From contig OX597816.1 of NCBI GenBank assembly GCA_951406725.2, positions 36,828,001 to 36,892,000 on the forward strand: DNA of 64,000 nucleotides, in the 5' to 3' direction. The stretch's first letter is position 1. Every line of letters begins with the position of its first letter. The stretch is from Octopus vulgaris. Its lineage: Eukaryota. Under the pieces are notes generated by a model, which was not told the origin of the DNA, ran no database searches, and worked only from the letters and a program-made list of their open reading frames with translations. Shown here piece by piece: positions 1 through 15,276 of the stretch. The position numbers were made by a program, and so were the translations under genes.

Positions 1-149
1 ACCTGTAGCGTGATGATTCACGATGGGTCTCAAAATATTGACATAATTACTGCTGCTCAATGCCCTGTGATCATTGCAAAGGCTGTATGGCCTGACATGG
101 ACAGCCACAGCGGAGACGATGAAACTGTAGCCAGCCAGAAGGGAACACA

Positions 150-691
150 ACAAGCGTTCCAAACCTTTGAGCAGGACCTTAGGATTAATTCAGGTCGCTA
201 TGTACAGTTGCTGAAGATTTTGGTCAAATCCTAGTTGCAGGGTGTTGCTGCTTTAATGTCACAAGTATGGCATCGGATTTCCTCTCCTACATATAGTTGC
301 GTAAAGAGTTAGAAATAATTGTCGGAGAATTTCTACTATTTCACCATACTCATTTTCTGGCCTCCTAATTCCCCCAGTTTTAATACTGTGGATAACTATG
401 TGTAGGGTCTAGTTCATTAAGATACTGACTACGCTGCCTCCCATGCTGAGACTGACATGATGGCCAAGAACATGGTAGTGTTCCCAGGGAAACAGGGAGA
501 ACTTCATGCGCCAAATCTGGGCAACGACTCGAGGTTGTGGTGCAGGGCGAGTGAGGCTACTTGAGTAACTTGTTTTCTCTCAGCCATAACCTAGTTTATA
601 TTTTCTTATTATTAAAATATTTTCGGTTAGGGAAGGAATACTGTGTTCTCTCTTTAATGCAAACTGTCAGGTTTTCCGCGACAATACCCTT
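150..691 (+). mobile_element. Decayed Tc1/mariner (maT-like, DD37D) transposase 3' part and right end
   Basis: Frame-broken motifs W(H)RISSP..KS*K*LSENFYYF and FWPPNSPSFNTVDNYV*G (352-407) match the WQQDSAPxH...WPPNSPDxNPLDY catalytic region; ends in a degenerate terminal ...accct(t)ta at ~691. Confidence 0.7.
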
Positions 692-767
692 TATATCCGC
701 ACACACACAAACACACATATGTATATGTGTGTCTGTGTATATATATATACATATATAGTTCTGTATT

Positions 768-1205
<438 letters not shown>

Positions 1206-1269
1206 ATATATATATTATAAATGACATGTATGTATGCAGGTATTTATGTGCATATGAATGAATGTATAA

Positions 1270-3060
<1,791 letters not shown>

Positions 3061-3069
3061 AAATATAAT

Positions 3070-4305
3070 TTGGTAAAGTTTAACAGACTTAGCAAGACTA
3101 TCCTGGACAAGGTGATCCCACGCATCAAACCCCACATCCCACTCCAACTATGGATTAACACCGACGATGTGCTAGAATGGTTTAACACTATCACCAATAG
3201 GCCCAACTACTCATTCATCCAATTCGACATAGCTAGCTACTACGCCAGTATATCCCCCATCTTACTTAACAAATCCCTTATATTTGCCCGCAACCTTTCA
3301 CTCATAGACAGAGAAAAAATTGACATAATACTATTAGCTAGAAAAACCATAATAGAATTCGACGGTAGACTCTGGACCAGATCCGATACCCCCGACAATT
3401 TTGATGTGGCTATGGGCTCGAGCGATTCAGCTCAGGTGACTGACTTGGTCGGGGCCTACCTGCTCAAGAAGCTTTTCTCCGAGGTATCGGATCTTCAGTG
3501 GGGTCTATACAGAGACGACGCTCTCTTCATATACCCCACCAACAATAGGAGTAAACTAGAAAGAATTAGGTAAAAGATCAGGCTTTTTTTCAAATCCTTC
3601 AATCTTAAACTAGAATTTATGACCAATACTAAAATAGTAAACTTCTTAGATGTTACGTTAGACTTGAATAAGCACCTTCACCACCCGTATAGGAAACCCG
3701 AAGAAACTACCAAATACATCCATACCTCTTCCAACCATCCACCCTGTATAATTAGCACCACGGTCCAAGCCATCTCAGACAGACTTACAAAACTATCCTC
3801 TAATAGAGAAATTTTCAATAATCACGCACAACACTACAACCAGGCTCTCTATAGTGCCGGGTATAACCAGAGAATATCATATGTAGACCACCCGGGAACG
3901 TCCGTCGGCCATAAAACTCCCAATTATAATCGAACTCAGCACTCAACTCACACTAGCGATAATTCTAATTTAAACTCCAAACAACGTATAGGAAATAGGC
4001 GAACTAATAGAATAGCACACAATAGTAACCCTCCCGACGAGAGCAATATAGATCCTATTAGGAGAAATAGAAGGGATAATAGTAGATTACGCAAATATAT
4101 ATGGTTCAACATACCTTACAACTTAGCAGTTAGGGGTAAGTTATGTAAGAGAATATTCTCTATCATTTCCAACAACTTCCCACCCACCCATAAGTATAGA
4201 AGCATCTTCTCCAACAAAACCATTAGGATTTCCTACTCTACCCTGCCCAACATGAGCTGCCTCATAGCTAAACATAACTTAGATACCCCCCCCCCCCCCC
4301 GCTAA
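3070..4305 (+). pseudogene. Penelope-like (Naiad-type) reverse transcriptase, truncated at both ends
   Basis: ORFs 3070-3573 and 3619-4305 are in one frame, split by a single TAA. Motifs FIQFDIASYYASI, FDVAMGSSDSAQVTDLVG, GLYRDDAL, VNFLDVTLDL, PYRKP, SNHPP, WFNIPY...NFP...IFSNKTIRISYS. Breaks off at poly-C ~4285-4300 before the GIY-YIG domain. Confidence 0.92.
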
Positions 4306-5395
4306 GTATCCTCTCTGTCCCGAATAACAATGTTTTCTGCAGTGCCGGAGAGAATACTTTGTACAGTATATTTACTTTTGTGTCCTTTATAAAATCATAA
4401 TTATCTACAAGTATGGTAGTTAAAATTCAAGGCACCATACATGATACTCCCAGATGTTTAACACGAGCTCTTACACATACATTTTTCACACAAGAGTATC
4501 ACCTATATTTTGTGATGCAGGCGCTTCTTCCGATATGTTCCGATGATAGTTATACTTGTATTAATCGAATATGGTATGTGCATTAGATGTTATTTCATAT
4601 TGATCCATATCGACCTTAATTTTCATAATTCTGTAATCAATCTTGTGTATTGTTGATTAATAATTGAAAACTGAGAAACTAGTGGCCCCTCTTAGGCGTT
4701 GGTATATGGTTATGCATAGTTTATGCGAAGCAAGAACTTATGTCTAGTAAATCTAGTAATAAGTTCTTTGATTGCAGAAAGCTTCTACGTGCCTGTCAAT
4801 TATTATAAGCAAACTGGGCAGTAAATGGTTACTTCAAAATATTTTCATTACCTTAACTCATTAACCTACAGAACCAAATTTCCTTCTTCAATATTTGGGT
4901 TTTCAAACAAAAATATTCTATAATCAATATTGGAAATGTGAATATGATACTTCTGTTCAATTAAACTGTATACGTAATCGATAATCCTGATATATGCATG
5001 TGTCTTACACTGTAAGTATACATTAGGAATTGATTGAAACACTATATGCTGTTCAAAATCTTTGTAGGTGAGGGTGATCTCGTCAGGTCGTGTACAAAAG
5101 TGTTCGACGATAAGAATATGTTGGTATAAGCTTTACATAATAAAGAAATATTATATTTCTTCTGTGCATGTTAAATGAGAAAATATTGAACCTTGCAGTA
5201 AGAGAAAATAGTTGAATAGATGCGAAGTAATACAAATGCATCTGCACGTTCACACACAAATGCACTTATATACGACATGCAACTTCAAAAGTAACTCATA
5301 CGTTTTACCGTTCACTACACAAAACTGTCACTGTAACCAGGCCTATTGTTCAATAGTAGTTTGGACTAAAAGAAAGCCCGTTCAAATTGCGGTAC

Positions 5396-5781
5396 TGGTG
5401 GAAGCACTCCGTCGGTTACGATGAAGAGAGTTCCGGTTGATCCGAATCAACGGAACAGCCTGCTCGTGAAATTAACGTGTAAGTGGCTGAGCACTCCACA
5501 GACACGTGTACCCTTAACGTAGTTCTCGGGGATATTCAGCGTGACACAGAGAGTGACAAGGCCGGCCCTTTGAAATACAGGTACAACAGAAACAAAAAGT
5601 AAGAGTGAGAGAAAGTTGTGGTGAAAGAGTACAGCAGGGATCACCACCATCCCCTGCCGGAGCCTCGTGGAACTTTAGGTGTTTTCGCTCAATAAACACT
5701 CACAACGCCCGGTCTGGGAATCGAAACCGCGATCCTATGACCGCAAGTCCGCTGCCCTAACCACTGGGCCATTGAGCCTCC
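5396..5781 (-). mobile_element. tRNA-derived SINE (family A) with 13-bp TSD
   Basis: Minus-strand head ggaggc..tggcccagtggttagggcagcggac...gtttcgattcc (A/B boxes); TSD caaattgcggtac at 5383-5395 and 5782-5794; closely similar copy at 37254-37640. Confidence 0.93.
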
Positions 5782-6345
5782 CAAATTGCGGTACAACCAA
5801 CAGAACTCTGGTCAGACCAGCACACATGACTATCAAAATACATTGAGAAATGAAAGATAATTTCAGAAGTCGTTACCTAATGGAAAATAATAGCATACGA
5901 AAAATCCTACAATCAACGCATTAATTTTTTTTAATTTATGTATAAGAGATACAACATTTGCACATCAATGAGATATGGTTTATGAATAACAATAGATTAA
6001 ATAAATGAAGAAGCATATATTGTCTTTCCACTCTGAAAGGAAGTAGATTTCACAATCAATCAATAGTATACAGCTTGTTTTATCTTTAGAAATATTAGAT
6101 GACCTTCTAATACAACATGGTATACATCAAAAACATCATTTAATACGCCACATGAATTGAAGCTGCCAATGAAAAAAAAAAGGGATTTATAGTGTTTGAA
6201 TTCCCGCAAAAACAAATTCCCCGTTTTTTTTCCAGTCACAACTGTTGCATAAATATATTGTACATATATTACTGAAAATCTTCCAATATTTTGCAAATAA
6301 AATCACGCATAGGCGTGAGTGTGAGTGTCTGTGTGTGAGTGTAAA

Positions 6346-6376
<31 letters not shown>

Positions 6377-6873
6377 TTGCGTGTATAAATATGTATATAG
6401 ACATACATATATACATGTATATACACGCATATATAACGGTTTGGTGAATATTTAAATGCATAAATATATCGGCCACATATGAGGTCTACAGGTTCTCAGT
6501 ACAGCAGACACTTGGTAGTGTTCAAAAGATTCCATCTTAGACTATTTGAACTTCTCTGCATTTCGATCTGAAATGTAAGGTCTTTTCTACCCTGATGACG
6601 GAAGCTCGTCTCACCCAATGTCAGTTGCCTCCACAAGGCCATATATTTTGATGAACTAAATCTACCAACATGATTGTGGATCGCCGCACCCCAAGAATTA
6701 GCTGTTGAAATTATAACACCTTTCTTCCAACCTCTTTATTTTCTCTGCCGTTTGGACTCTGTGTAAGTTGGACATATTAATATAAATATCTATGTATTTA
6801 TACGTAAACATTCATTATCTGAAAGTTTCTACATGTCACTCTCTCTCGTTTTGCATGTATACATATATACGTA

Positions 6874-7326
6874 CGAGCGAAATGCCCCCCGTCCAATGGA
6901 CGGTGCTGCGTTGTCAAACATTTAAACCAAATTTTCTCAAAGCAACTTGTCCGACCTTCCCATAGGCTTCTCCTTTGAGAAACACTGATTTAACCTAAAT
7001 TTGAGACACCAGCAAAAGAAGAAATAAAGATAGACTTTTTCTATTCCAAAGAAAAACGATTTTATTCACACAGATATGCAACCGAAGAGTTTAAAGTACC
7101 AGTAAGTACATCGAAACAGCTGATGTACTTGCGCGCACAAATGCACTTTCCCACGGCTTTATCGATCGCATTCTCACTTGTAATCGATTTTTGTAATGTT
7201 TCCAAGACTTATACACGCCCTGATACCGTCGATATCTATATATCAAATTTGAGCGCAATCGGATGGAGGATTCCCGAGATACTAGAAGACGCACACACAA
7301 AGACATAACAGATTTTATATAATAGA
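6874..7326 (-). mobile_element. Non-autonomous Helitron B
   Basis: Minus strand begins TCTATTATATAAAA; ends with hairpin ccgtccattggacgg followed by CTCG|T (degenerate CTAG). Confidence 0.7.
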
Positions 7327-7963
7327 CTAGCAGTATCGCCCGGCGTTGCTCGGGTTTGTAAGGGAAATAACTATATAAGCATTTTTAGAGAGTTATAGCC
7401 AAAAAATAGCAAAAGATGCATTAAAAATGGAAAAAATATGATGGTAAATTTTTTTTTAAATCGTTGACTCATCGTAGACATTTTTAGAGAGTTACTTCCC
7501 TTATATATTAGCGAAAAAATGCATTAAAATGGAAAAAAAACGATGGTAAATTTTTTTTTAAATCGTAGACTCATGTAGACGCTTTCTTAGCCATTTCTGT
7601 TTTGGTGTCTTCAAGCCATGAAGTCGTTGTTCTAAAAGAACGCTGGTCTCCTTGACAACGCATTACGACGTTGATTTCCTTACACTCCCTTCCCCACAGG
7701 TGCAGGTGTGAGCGTGGACGCCAACTCCGCCGCCATCGACACACGAAAAATTATGCATTAAAATGGAATAAAAAATGATGTTAAATTATTTTTAAAATCG
7801 TAGACTCATCGTAGACGCGCGCTAATACTCAGACGGGCTTGATATGAATCACGACTATAAGCTACCCGAATTTGGTTAAACTGCACCGCAAAATGTGGGA
7901 GTAGTTAGGAATCTAAATCGAAGGGGACAGACACTCACACAACTACAGTTTTATATATATAGA
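7327..7963 (-). mobile_element. Non-autonomous Helitron A
   Basis: Minus strand A|TCTATATATATAAAA start; 3' hairpin cccgagcaacgccggg then CTAG|T; internal repeats of aaatcgtagactcatcgtagac. Confidence 0.85.
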
Positions 7964-8098
7964 TATACATAGCGCAGTAGTGGTGAGATGTGACAGCAAA
8001 GAAAAGCATACATTCACTCTCTGCATGCAATTAGACTCGGAAAGTTCGCGAGGAACCCATTGACCCAATTTGCTGACTTTTCCGATAGCACACAGGTC

Positions 8099-8480
8099 TC
8101 AATGAATGGTTGAATGACCAAATCCAAGCTTCTCTGCTAGTTCCTCAACAGTTACGATGAGATTTTGTTCCACCAGGGTTTTCAGGATGTCCTTGTCGAG
8201 TTCTACAGATCTTTCAGGATGAGGCTCGTCTTCTAGGCTGTAGTTTATGGCTCGGAATTTCTGGAACCACCATTGACACTGCCTTATGCTTATTGTCCAA
8301 TCCCCATATACTGCATTAATATTTCTTGTACTTTCCGTTGCGTTGTTGTCTTTATTGAACTCATAAAGCAAAATATGCCAAATATGCTCGTTTGTTACTT
8401 CCAACATAGCTTTGAAAAAAATAGCTGTTAAAATCGAAATGCACTCTTCAAAACTTGCACTATGAATAAGGATTTTGTAT
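8099..8480 (-). mobile_element. Mariner transposase N-terminal (HTH) fragment
   Basis: MLEVTNEHIWHILLYEFNKDNNATESTRNINAVYG...WFQKFR..YSLEDEPHPERS...TVEELAEKLGFGHSTIH; homologous to 48199-48567. Confidence 0.88.
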
Positions 8481-8700
8481 GTGATGTAATTAATATATTT
8501 GATATATTTAACGTGTCTAATTTGATTATTCGCATAATTTCCTCTATACATATCTATATGAATATATATATTTATGTATAGAAGCAATTATGTGGATAAA
8601 GAAATTTGAGAAGGAAGCGTATACAAAACGATAAAGAAAAGATAAAGAATTTAAAGGAATTATCGCCTAACAGTTTAAATTATAAGGGTGAAGATATATC

Positions 8701-8883
8701 TATTTCTTTACTACCCACAAGGGGCTAACCACAGAGGGGACAAACAAGGACAGACAAATGGATTAAGTCGGTTATATCAACCCCAGTGCGTAACTGGTAC
8801 TTAATTTATCGACCCCGAAAGGATGAAAGGCAAAGTCGACCTCGGCGGAATTTGAACTCAGAACGTAACTGCAGACGAAATAC
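8701..8883 (-). mobile_element. tRNA-derived SINE (family B), 5'-truncated
   Basis: Matches 32692-32915; central gcctttcatcctttcggggtcgataaa motif resembles the MetaSINE/Sauria-type domain. Confidence 0.88.
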
Positions 8884-9281
8884 GGAATTTTCGAGTTCTT
8901 CAAAACACGTCTAAATAGATTTTACAGAATTTGTAAATTCCGCCAATACCTGATCAATATTTTAGTAACGGTCTCAGGAATATAACTCTTATATTTTTTA
9001 CTTTTTACATTTTACTTATTCGTTTCTGTTTTTCGTTTTCTGTTTATTTCTTTTTTATTTTCACGTTTTCTATATGCTTTTTTCTCAACTATTCGCGTTT
9101 CTTCTTTTAAATTTTTTTTTGCTCGTTCTAATATGTGGTTTCAGCATGATGGATATATTTGCGGAATTTCTCGGCATTAAACTATTAGCAACACATAAAA
9201 CATGTATTATGCCTATTAAATATCTATCACTCACCAGGTGGAGTAGACTTTTTTGTTGATCTCACTATCACGAACAGCACG

Positions 9282-9313
<32 letters not shown>

Positions 9314-9316
<3 letters not shown>

Positions 9317-9644
9317 AGATGTACTCGCATAGCAAGTAATTTGATCTGAGATCGTGTGCTGAAACGAAAACAATTGCAGCGTGGGAGGTGTTTATAAGCC
9401 ATTTAAGAAACACACAAAAGCCGTTCGATTCACTCCAACATTTAAGTTTAATTTGTCAAAATATTTTCGTCGCTAAAATCCGCGACCTGTTCACTGACAA
9501 AGTGATGCAGCACGGACTTTGTCAGTGAACAGGTCGCGGATTTTAGCGACGAAAATATTTTGACAAATTAAACTTAAATGTTGGAGTGAATCGAACGGCT
9601 TTTGTGTGTTTCTTAAATGGCTTATAAACACCTCCCACGCTGCA

Positions 9645-9649
<5 letters not shown>
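9314..9649. mobile_element. Fold-back short retroelement between (TA)n tracts with a perfect 134-bp inverted repeat
   Basis: 9370-9503 is the exact reverse complement of 9516-9649 (12-nt spacer); same family at 29864-30083. Confidence 0.9.
9518..9567 (+). ncRNA. Minimal type I hammerhead, G3:C8 core variant
   Basis: UUUGUCA-GUGAACA-G-GUCGC-ggauuuua-GCGAC-GAA-AAUAUU-U^UGACAAA: 7-bp stem I, 5-bp stem II, palindromic stem III. Mirror copy at 9452-9501 (-). Confidence 0.65.
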
Positions 9650-9710
<61 letters not shown>

Positions 9711-9818
9711 TATATATATACACATATATATATATATATATACACACATATATATATACACACACATATATATATATATGTATGTGTGTGTATATGTATA
9801 TATATATATATATGTGTG

Positions 9819-9864
<46 letters not shown>

Positions 9865-9866
<2 letters not shown>

Positions 9867-10025
9867 ATTTATAAGTAAGGGCAAAAGAAAAAAATTCCTA
9901 ATGCCAAAATATGCCGAAAACAGACACCACATCAACAACCATGTGATTCATCACTACAAGCACGTGTCTGTTTACAGCATATTTTGGCATTAGAAAATTT
10001 TTCTTTTGCCCTTACTTATAAATTG
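9865..10025. repeat. Imperfect palindrome (~63-bp arms) next to (TA)n
   Basis: caatttataagtaagggcaaaagaaaaa...aaacagacac versus gtgtctgttt...tttttcttttgcccttacttataaattg. Confidence 0.9.
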
Positions 10026-10106
10026 TTTATGAATTAAAACTTTAAAGGTATCTTTTAATATGCTGGCCATTGATATATTGGATGTTAGTATATATATATA
10101 TATATA

Positions 10107-10137
<31 letters not shown>

Positions 10138-10204
10138 GGCGGTGCCCCAGCATGGCCACAGCTCATAGGCTGGAACTGGAATCAATCAATCAATCAATCA
10201 ATCA

Positions 10205-10262
<58 letters not shown>

Positions 10263-10266
<4 letters not shown>

Positions 10267-10591
10267 TCAGTGGTTAGAGCGTCGAGCTTACGATCGTGAG
10301 GTTGTGAGCTCGAATCCCGGACCGGGCTGCGTGTTGTGTTCTTGAGCAAAGCACTTTATTTCACGTTGCTCCAGTTCACCCAGCTGTAGAAATGAGTTGC
10401 GACGTCACTGGTGCCAAGCTGTATCGACCTTTGTCTTTCCCTTGGATAACACTGGTGCCGTGGAGAGGGGAGGCTGGTATGCATGGGCGACTGCTGGTCT
10501 TCCATAAACAACCTTGCCCGGACTTGTGTCTAGGAGGGTAACTTTCTAGGTGCAATCCCATGGTCATTCATGACCGAAGGGGGTCTCCTTC

Positions 10592-10592
<1 letters not shown>
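10263..10592 (+). mobile_element. tRNA-derived SINE (family C)
   Basis: Head tggctcagtggttagagcg...gagctcgaatcccgg, then ccagttcacccagctgtagaaatgag central domain; a more decayed relative lies at ~43405-43560. Confidence 0.85.
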
Positions 10593-10650
<58 letters not shown>

Positions 10651-10667
10651 CATATATATATATAAAT

Positions 10668-10730
<63 letters not shown>

Positions 10731-10741
10731 ATGTATATATA

Positions 10742-11600
10742 CAGGGTGCAAAATTGAAGTAGCACTGACGTATCATTTTAACAGGTATATTCACCAAAAT
10801 TATATAAAAATATAAAGTTCGGTGGCCAGATGTTAGGGGTGATGTTGTCGCAGAAATCGTCTGACAGCCATGTGTGGCATGGTGACGATTCCTCTTGCTA
10901 GACATAGGGTCTTCCAAAAGCCATTCTCTTGACCCAGGGAAGCACTACCGCTTCCAGTCACTTGGTGTAAACCTCCCTCACGGGTCCGAGACTGTGTGGG
11001 AAGATGAGTGGAGGCATAATGTCGCCATCACTAGTGATCACTCCAAACACCATTATGTCTCTACGTTTGACTTTTATTACTCTCGGTACATGCTTTAAAG
11101 ACACGGCAAGCCAACGGATGTTTTGTGTGTTCACCATGTGATCCTGGCAGAAATTTCTCACGTCTGAGAGAAAAAAAAACGAAACATATTATGCCGGAAG
11201 GGAAGCTTGAGTTTGTTCACAAGTTTCGTAAGCGCTGTCCTTGATGACGTGGGATAAAAATTGGCCATTTCTCATCTTGTATGAGGAGTACCGAATGTCT
11301 TCATGCACTACTTGCCTGATAAGAAACTGATACACTCACATGCCCCTGGTGATGGAGCTGATTGAGTTGGAGGTATCGTTGTGAATCATGGTCTGGATCT
11401 CACCCAAAAATTTAGGCGTTCTTTTGTTATAAGGACGATCGAAGTAAAATTTCCGAGCTGCTATACCTTCGTAATCGCTATTATTTCCTCTGCACAGCCC
11501 TCTGATGGACACCAAAACACTCTGAAATATTTGAGCTTCTGGCGCGAATGCCAAGAGTTACAGTATGTTACATTCCAATTTCTGTCGGCATAAATTGCGT
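10742..11600 (-). mobile_element. Decayed maT-like (DD37D) Tc1/mariner element
   Basis: Frameshifted pieces MIHNDTSNSISSITRGM, NFCQDHMVNTQNIRWLA...IMVFGVITSDGDIMPPLIFPH, SDDFCDNITPNIWPPN; cagggtg terminus at 10742. Confidence 0.85.
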
Positions 11601-11747
11601 CATATATATATATATGACGTAAAAGTTGAAAAAGTCTCAATGACTGAAACCGGTACTGAAATGTTTCTATTAAAATTATTTTAGCATTTTCTATATTGAC
11701 TTTTTTCCATATATATATATATATATATGTATATGTATATATATATA

Positions 11748-11915
11748 TAGGGAGAATTCACAAAAGGAAAACAAAAGACAGGCAGCGTAGACATCAGACA
11801 GATGTATCAGCTCGGGAAGTGAAAGCCTTTAACGTTTCGAGCCCCTACGCTCTTCCACAGAAAGGAACACAGAAAGAAACAAGGAGAGAAAATAAAGAAT
11901 GGGTAGTGGCTACAC
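11748..11915 (-). mobile_element. Short HHR-bearing repeat (family H) abutting (TA)n; HHR motif at 11827-11864
   Basis: Minus strand: CUUU-CUGUGGAA-GAGC-guaggg-GCUC-GAAAC-GUU^AAAG; homologous to 23729-23937, 38078-38272 and 57950-58139. Confidence 0.7.
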
Positions 11916-11918
11916 ACA

Positions 11919-11969
<51 letters not shown>

Positions 11970-12500
11970 ACACATACAAACATATGTGTAGGAGTCTCTG
12001 TGTGCATGTATGTACGTATTTGTGTATATTTAGAATACATTTATAAAAGTACATCGATATTTTTTCCATTACTTTCAATAAAATTTAGTCATTGCGGTTT
12101 GTCGATATGTTTTGGTAGTTATTTGATTATCATTTAGATCGAAGGTTAGTCAAGATTAAATCTTTCACCGAAATTTCTCCAATCTTTTTGGGAGTACATA
12201 ATTATATTGAAGAATATATACGCGAATGCTATCAAAAAATAACTTTACATGTTCCACATACCTGGGCAGTCAATTTCATACGTTAAAAGTTTGTTGTTCG
12301 AAAGTATCTTGCAACAAGTACCATATCGTATGTGAAAATATTCAGTGAATAAGGTCTTTCCTGGCTTTGCTGGTGAAACTTTATAAGGTAAGTATATACT
12401 TTGTAAGAAGAGCAATTTTACACACAAAACACGCTCAAATACATACACGTACGCTCATATATATGTGTGCGTGTGTGTGTGTGAGAGAGAGAGAGAGAGG

Positions 12501-12540
<40 letters not shown>

Positions 12541-12543
<3 letters not shown>

Positions 12544-12712
12544 GCTATGAGATGCGTGTCTGCCAGCGTTGTACCAAAATTGCTTTCAGCTGACCAAAAA
12601 GAGATTAGAGTTTCAGTTGTACAGATCTCCTTGAATATGTCGTTAACGATGAAAATTTTTTGAAAACTTTGTGTAGGCCTCAAGCAGATATCACCAAACG
12701 TTTAGCAAACTT
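12541..12712 (+). mobile_element. Mariner-derived MITE fragment
   Basis: [26 protein letters not shown] matches the mariner linker ([W/F]VPxxL); same family as 15277-15890 and 22805-23665. Confidence 0.75.
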
Positions 12713-12943
12713 TAATATATAGTACATATATTTGTAATTATTGACTAATTTTGGTATATTTCCACTGATGAATGCAAAGGATTTTATTACCAACCAGAAA
12801 TTGTCGATCTAAGATTAAACATTTTGCTAATTTCTTTGTCCATGTATTTTTGCATTTGTGCTACATGAATACATGATGTGGTTTCAGAGTCCGTTTTGAT
12901 ATCTATTTCTGGTATAATGATACCTTTTCAGTACCCTTAATCA

Positions 12944-13625
<682 letters not shown>

Positions 13626-15276
13626 GTGTGTGTGATTGTGTATAGAAGAATATATTAATAAAAGGAATTCCAACCCTGTCTGATTTTCACGTTTTATTTA
13701 CAATCTTATAATGATATATTATAAGATAATATATTATAATAGTATAAAATAAAATAGTAGAATGTTAAATGTTCATTCTGATTGAACTAGTACTTTCATG
13801 CATTAAACTCTGTAATCTTCGGGTTCATGTAGTAGTGGTGACAGTCATGCTTCACAATTTTTGACTGTAGCAAGATGATTGATTCTGTGCTTTGGGTAAA
13901 AGAAAACACAAGAGGATCAGTTAATTACGATTTTATTCACCCTCTCAGATTCACAAAGTTTTTGCAGCGGTCCTCCAGTTTTGCTGAGCCCAGTAAAATA
14001 ATTCGGAAGCTTGGGATTCCAGCCACCCTTTCGCGGTACCCGTAAAGCTACGAATTTTTCAGCAACCCCTCGTTTATCTATATGAACTACATCTGACAAC
14101 GTTATAAGTCACATTCTCCGACAACACAATAAAAGGTCGAGAGTGTATACTGTATTATGTGTTATCCTGATATCTTTCTGGCTGAAAATAAGCATGGTCG
14201 CTTCTTATAAATGTTATAGAAACATTTCAAACATAAATAACATCGTGCGAAAACCCCGTCAAGATAAAGCTATTTGAACAGACTTAACTCCCATACCTTA
14301 TTTCTGAAAATTGCGCTTAATTATTTTATGCTAGACATGTTGGATATCGCCACACCTTCAATGCAATTCTTTGATCTTGGTGTATTCGGACATACACTAA
14401 GGACTAGAATCTTTCTTTGGTATGCGAAGTGATTCACCCACCTTCATCAGCAATGAATTATAAAAATGTAGCCCGGATCTAAACAACTAGTCGCTCAGAT
14501 ATCAACCATCGCCTGAGGAATTTACGTCATGATATGATACTGAGGTTACAGTGGTTTGCTCCGAATTTCAGCGCGAACAAGCAAATGAATAAACGAAGTG
14601 CATAACAGTCATATTCGTTCTTCAAACACTGACATGGGTATATAAGCAAGTCGTGTAGACCCACTATTATAACAGATTTGCAAAACACTTCCGAAACGAA
14701 ACAATAGTTTCGTTAGGGAAGTTCAAAGAATACCTAGTTGTAGTAATCTCTCGTGTTGGTATGAACATAATGAGAAAACTTTTGTTAAAACGATTACATC
14801 ATCTCATTGATGATTAAGCTAATAACATATTTTGCTCATAGGTTATAATACATACATTTGAGATATAACTCGCCATTCTAACAAGTTTTTAAGAATCATG
14901 TTTCTATTTAAAAACATAAATGTACTGCTCCAGCTTGGCTCTCACTGTGTTGGTTCAAACGAACTGAGGAATCAATTGACAAGCTATCTTTGAATATATA
15001 TCAAATTTAGACAGTTATAATGAATAATAAATTTTTATTAAATATTTTTCTATTTTAGCTTTGGATTAACATAGCAATCAATAACAACATTTAATTATTT
15101 CAGTACCTCAATTAATCATAGCGCTTAAAATATAAATTTACCAAGTGAAACTCTTTTCTTCAGAATTATAAATATATCTGAAATGTCTGAGATAGAACAA
15201 TTATAGTGGAAATGCAGTTTACTTTATTATTTTTTTTACTTTATGAGCTGGAATAAACTTTATACATATACACATA

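Noticed and set aside
5700-5781. tRNA genes (also ~10263, ~13084, ~37560, ~60211)
   Set aside because: tRNA-like heads continue into SINE bodies, some with TSDs; no complete cloverleaf seen.
12765-12808. Weak hammerhead-like motifs (CUGAUGA...GAAAUUGUC here; also ~24363-24400, ~29570-29640, ~41027-41065, ~49808-49850, ~56608-56630)
   Set aside because: One core half or the stems are missing; they may be decayed HHRs but cannot be supported from single copies.
13920-14700. Possible decayed Gypsy RT/integrase or host exon
   Set aside because: Only faint motif resemblance and no continuous frame; needs a translated profile search.
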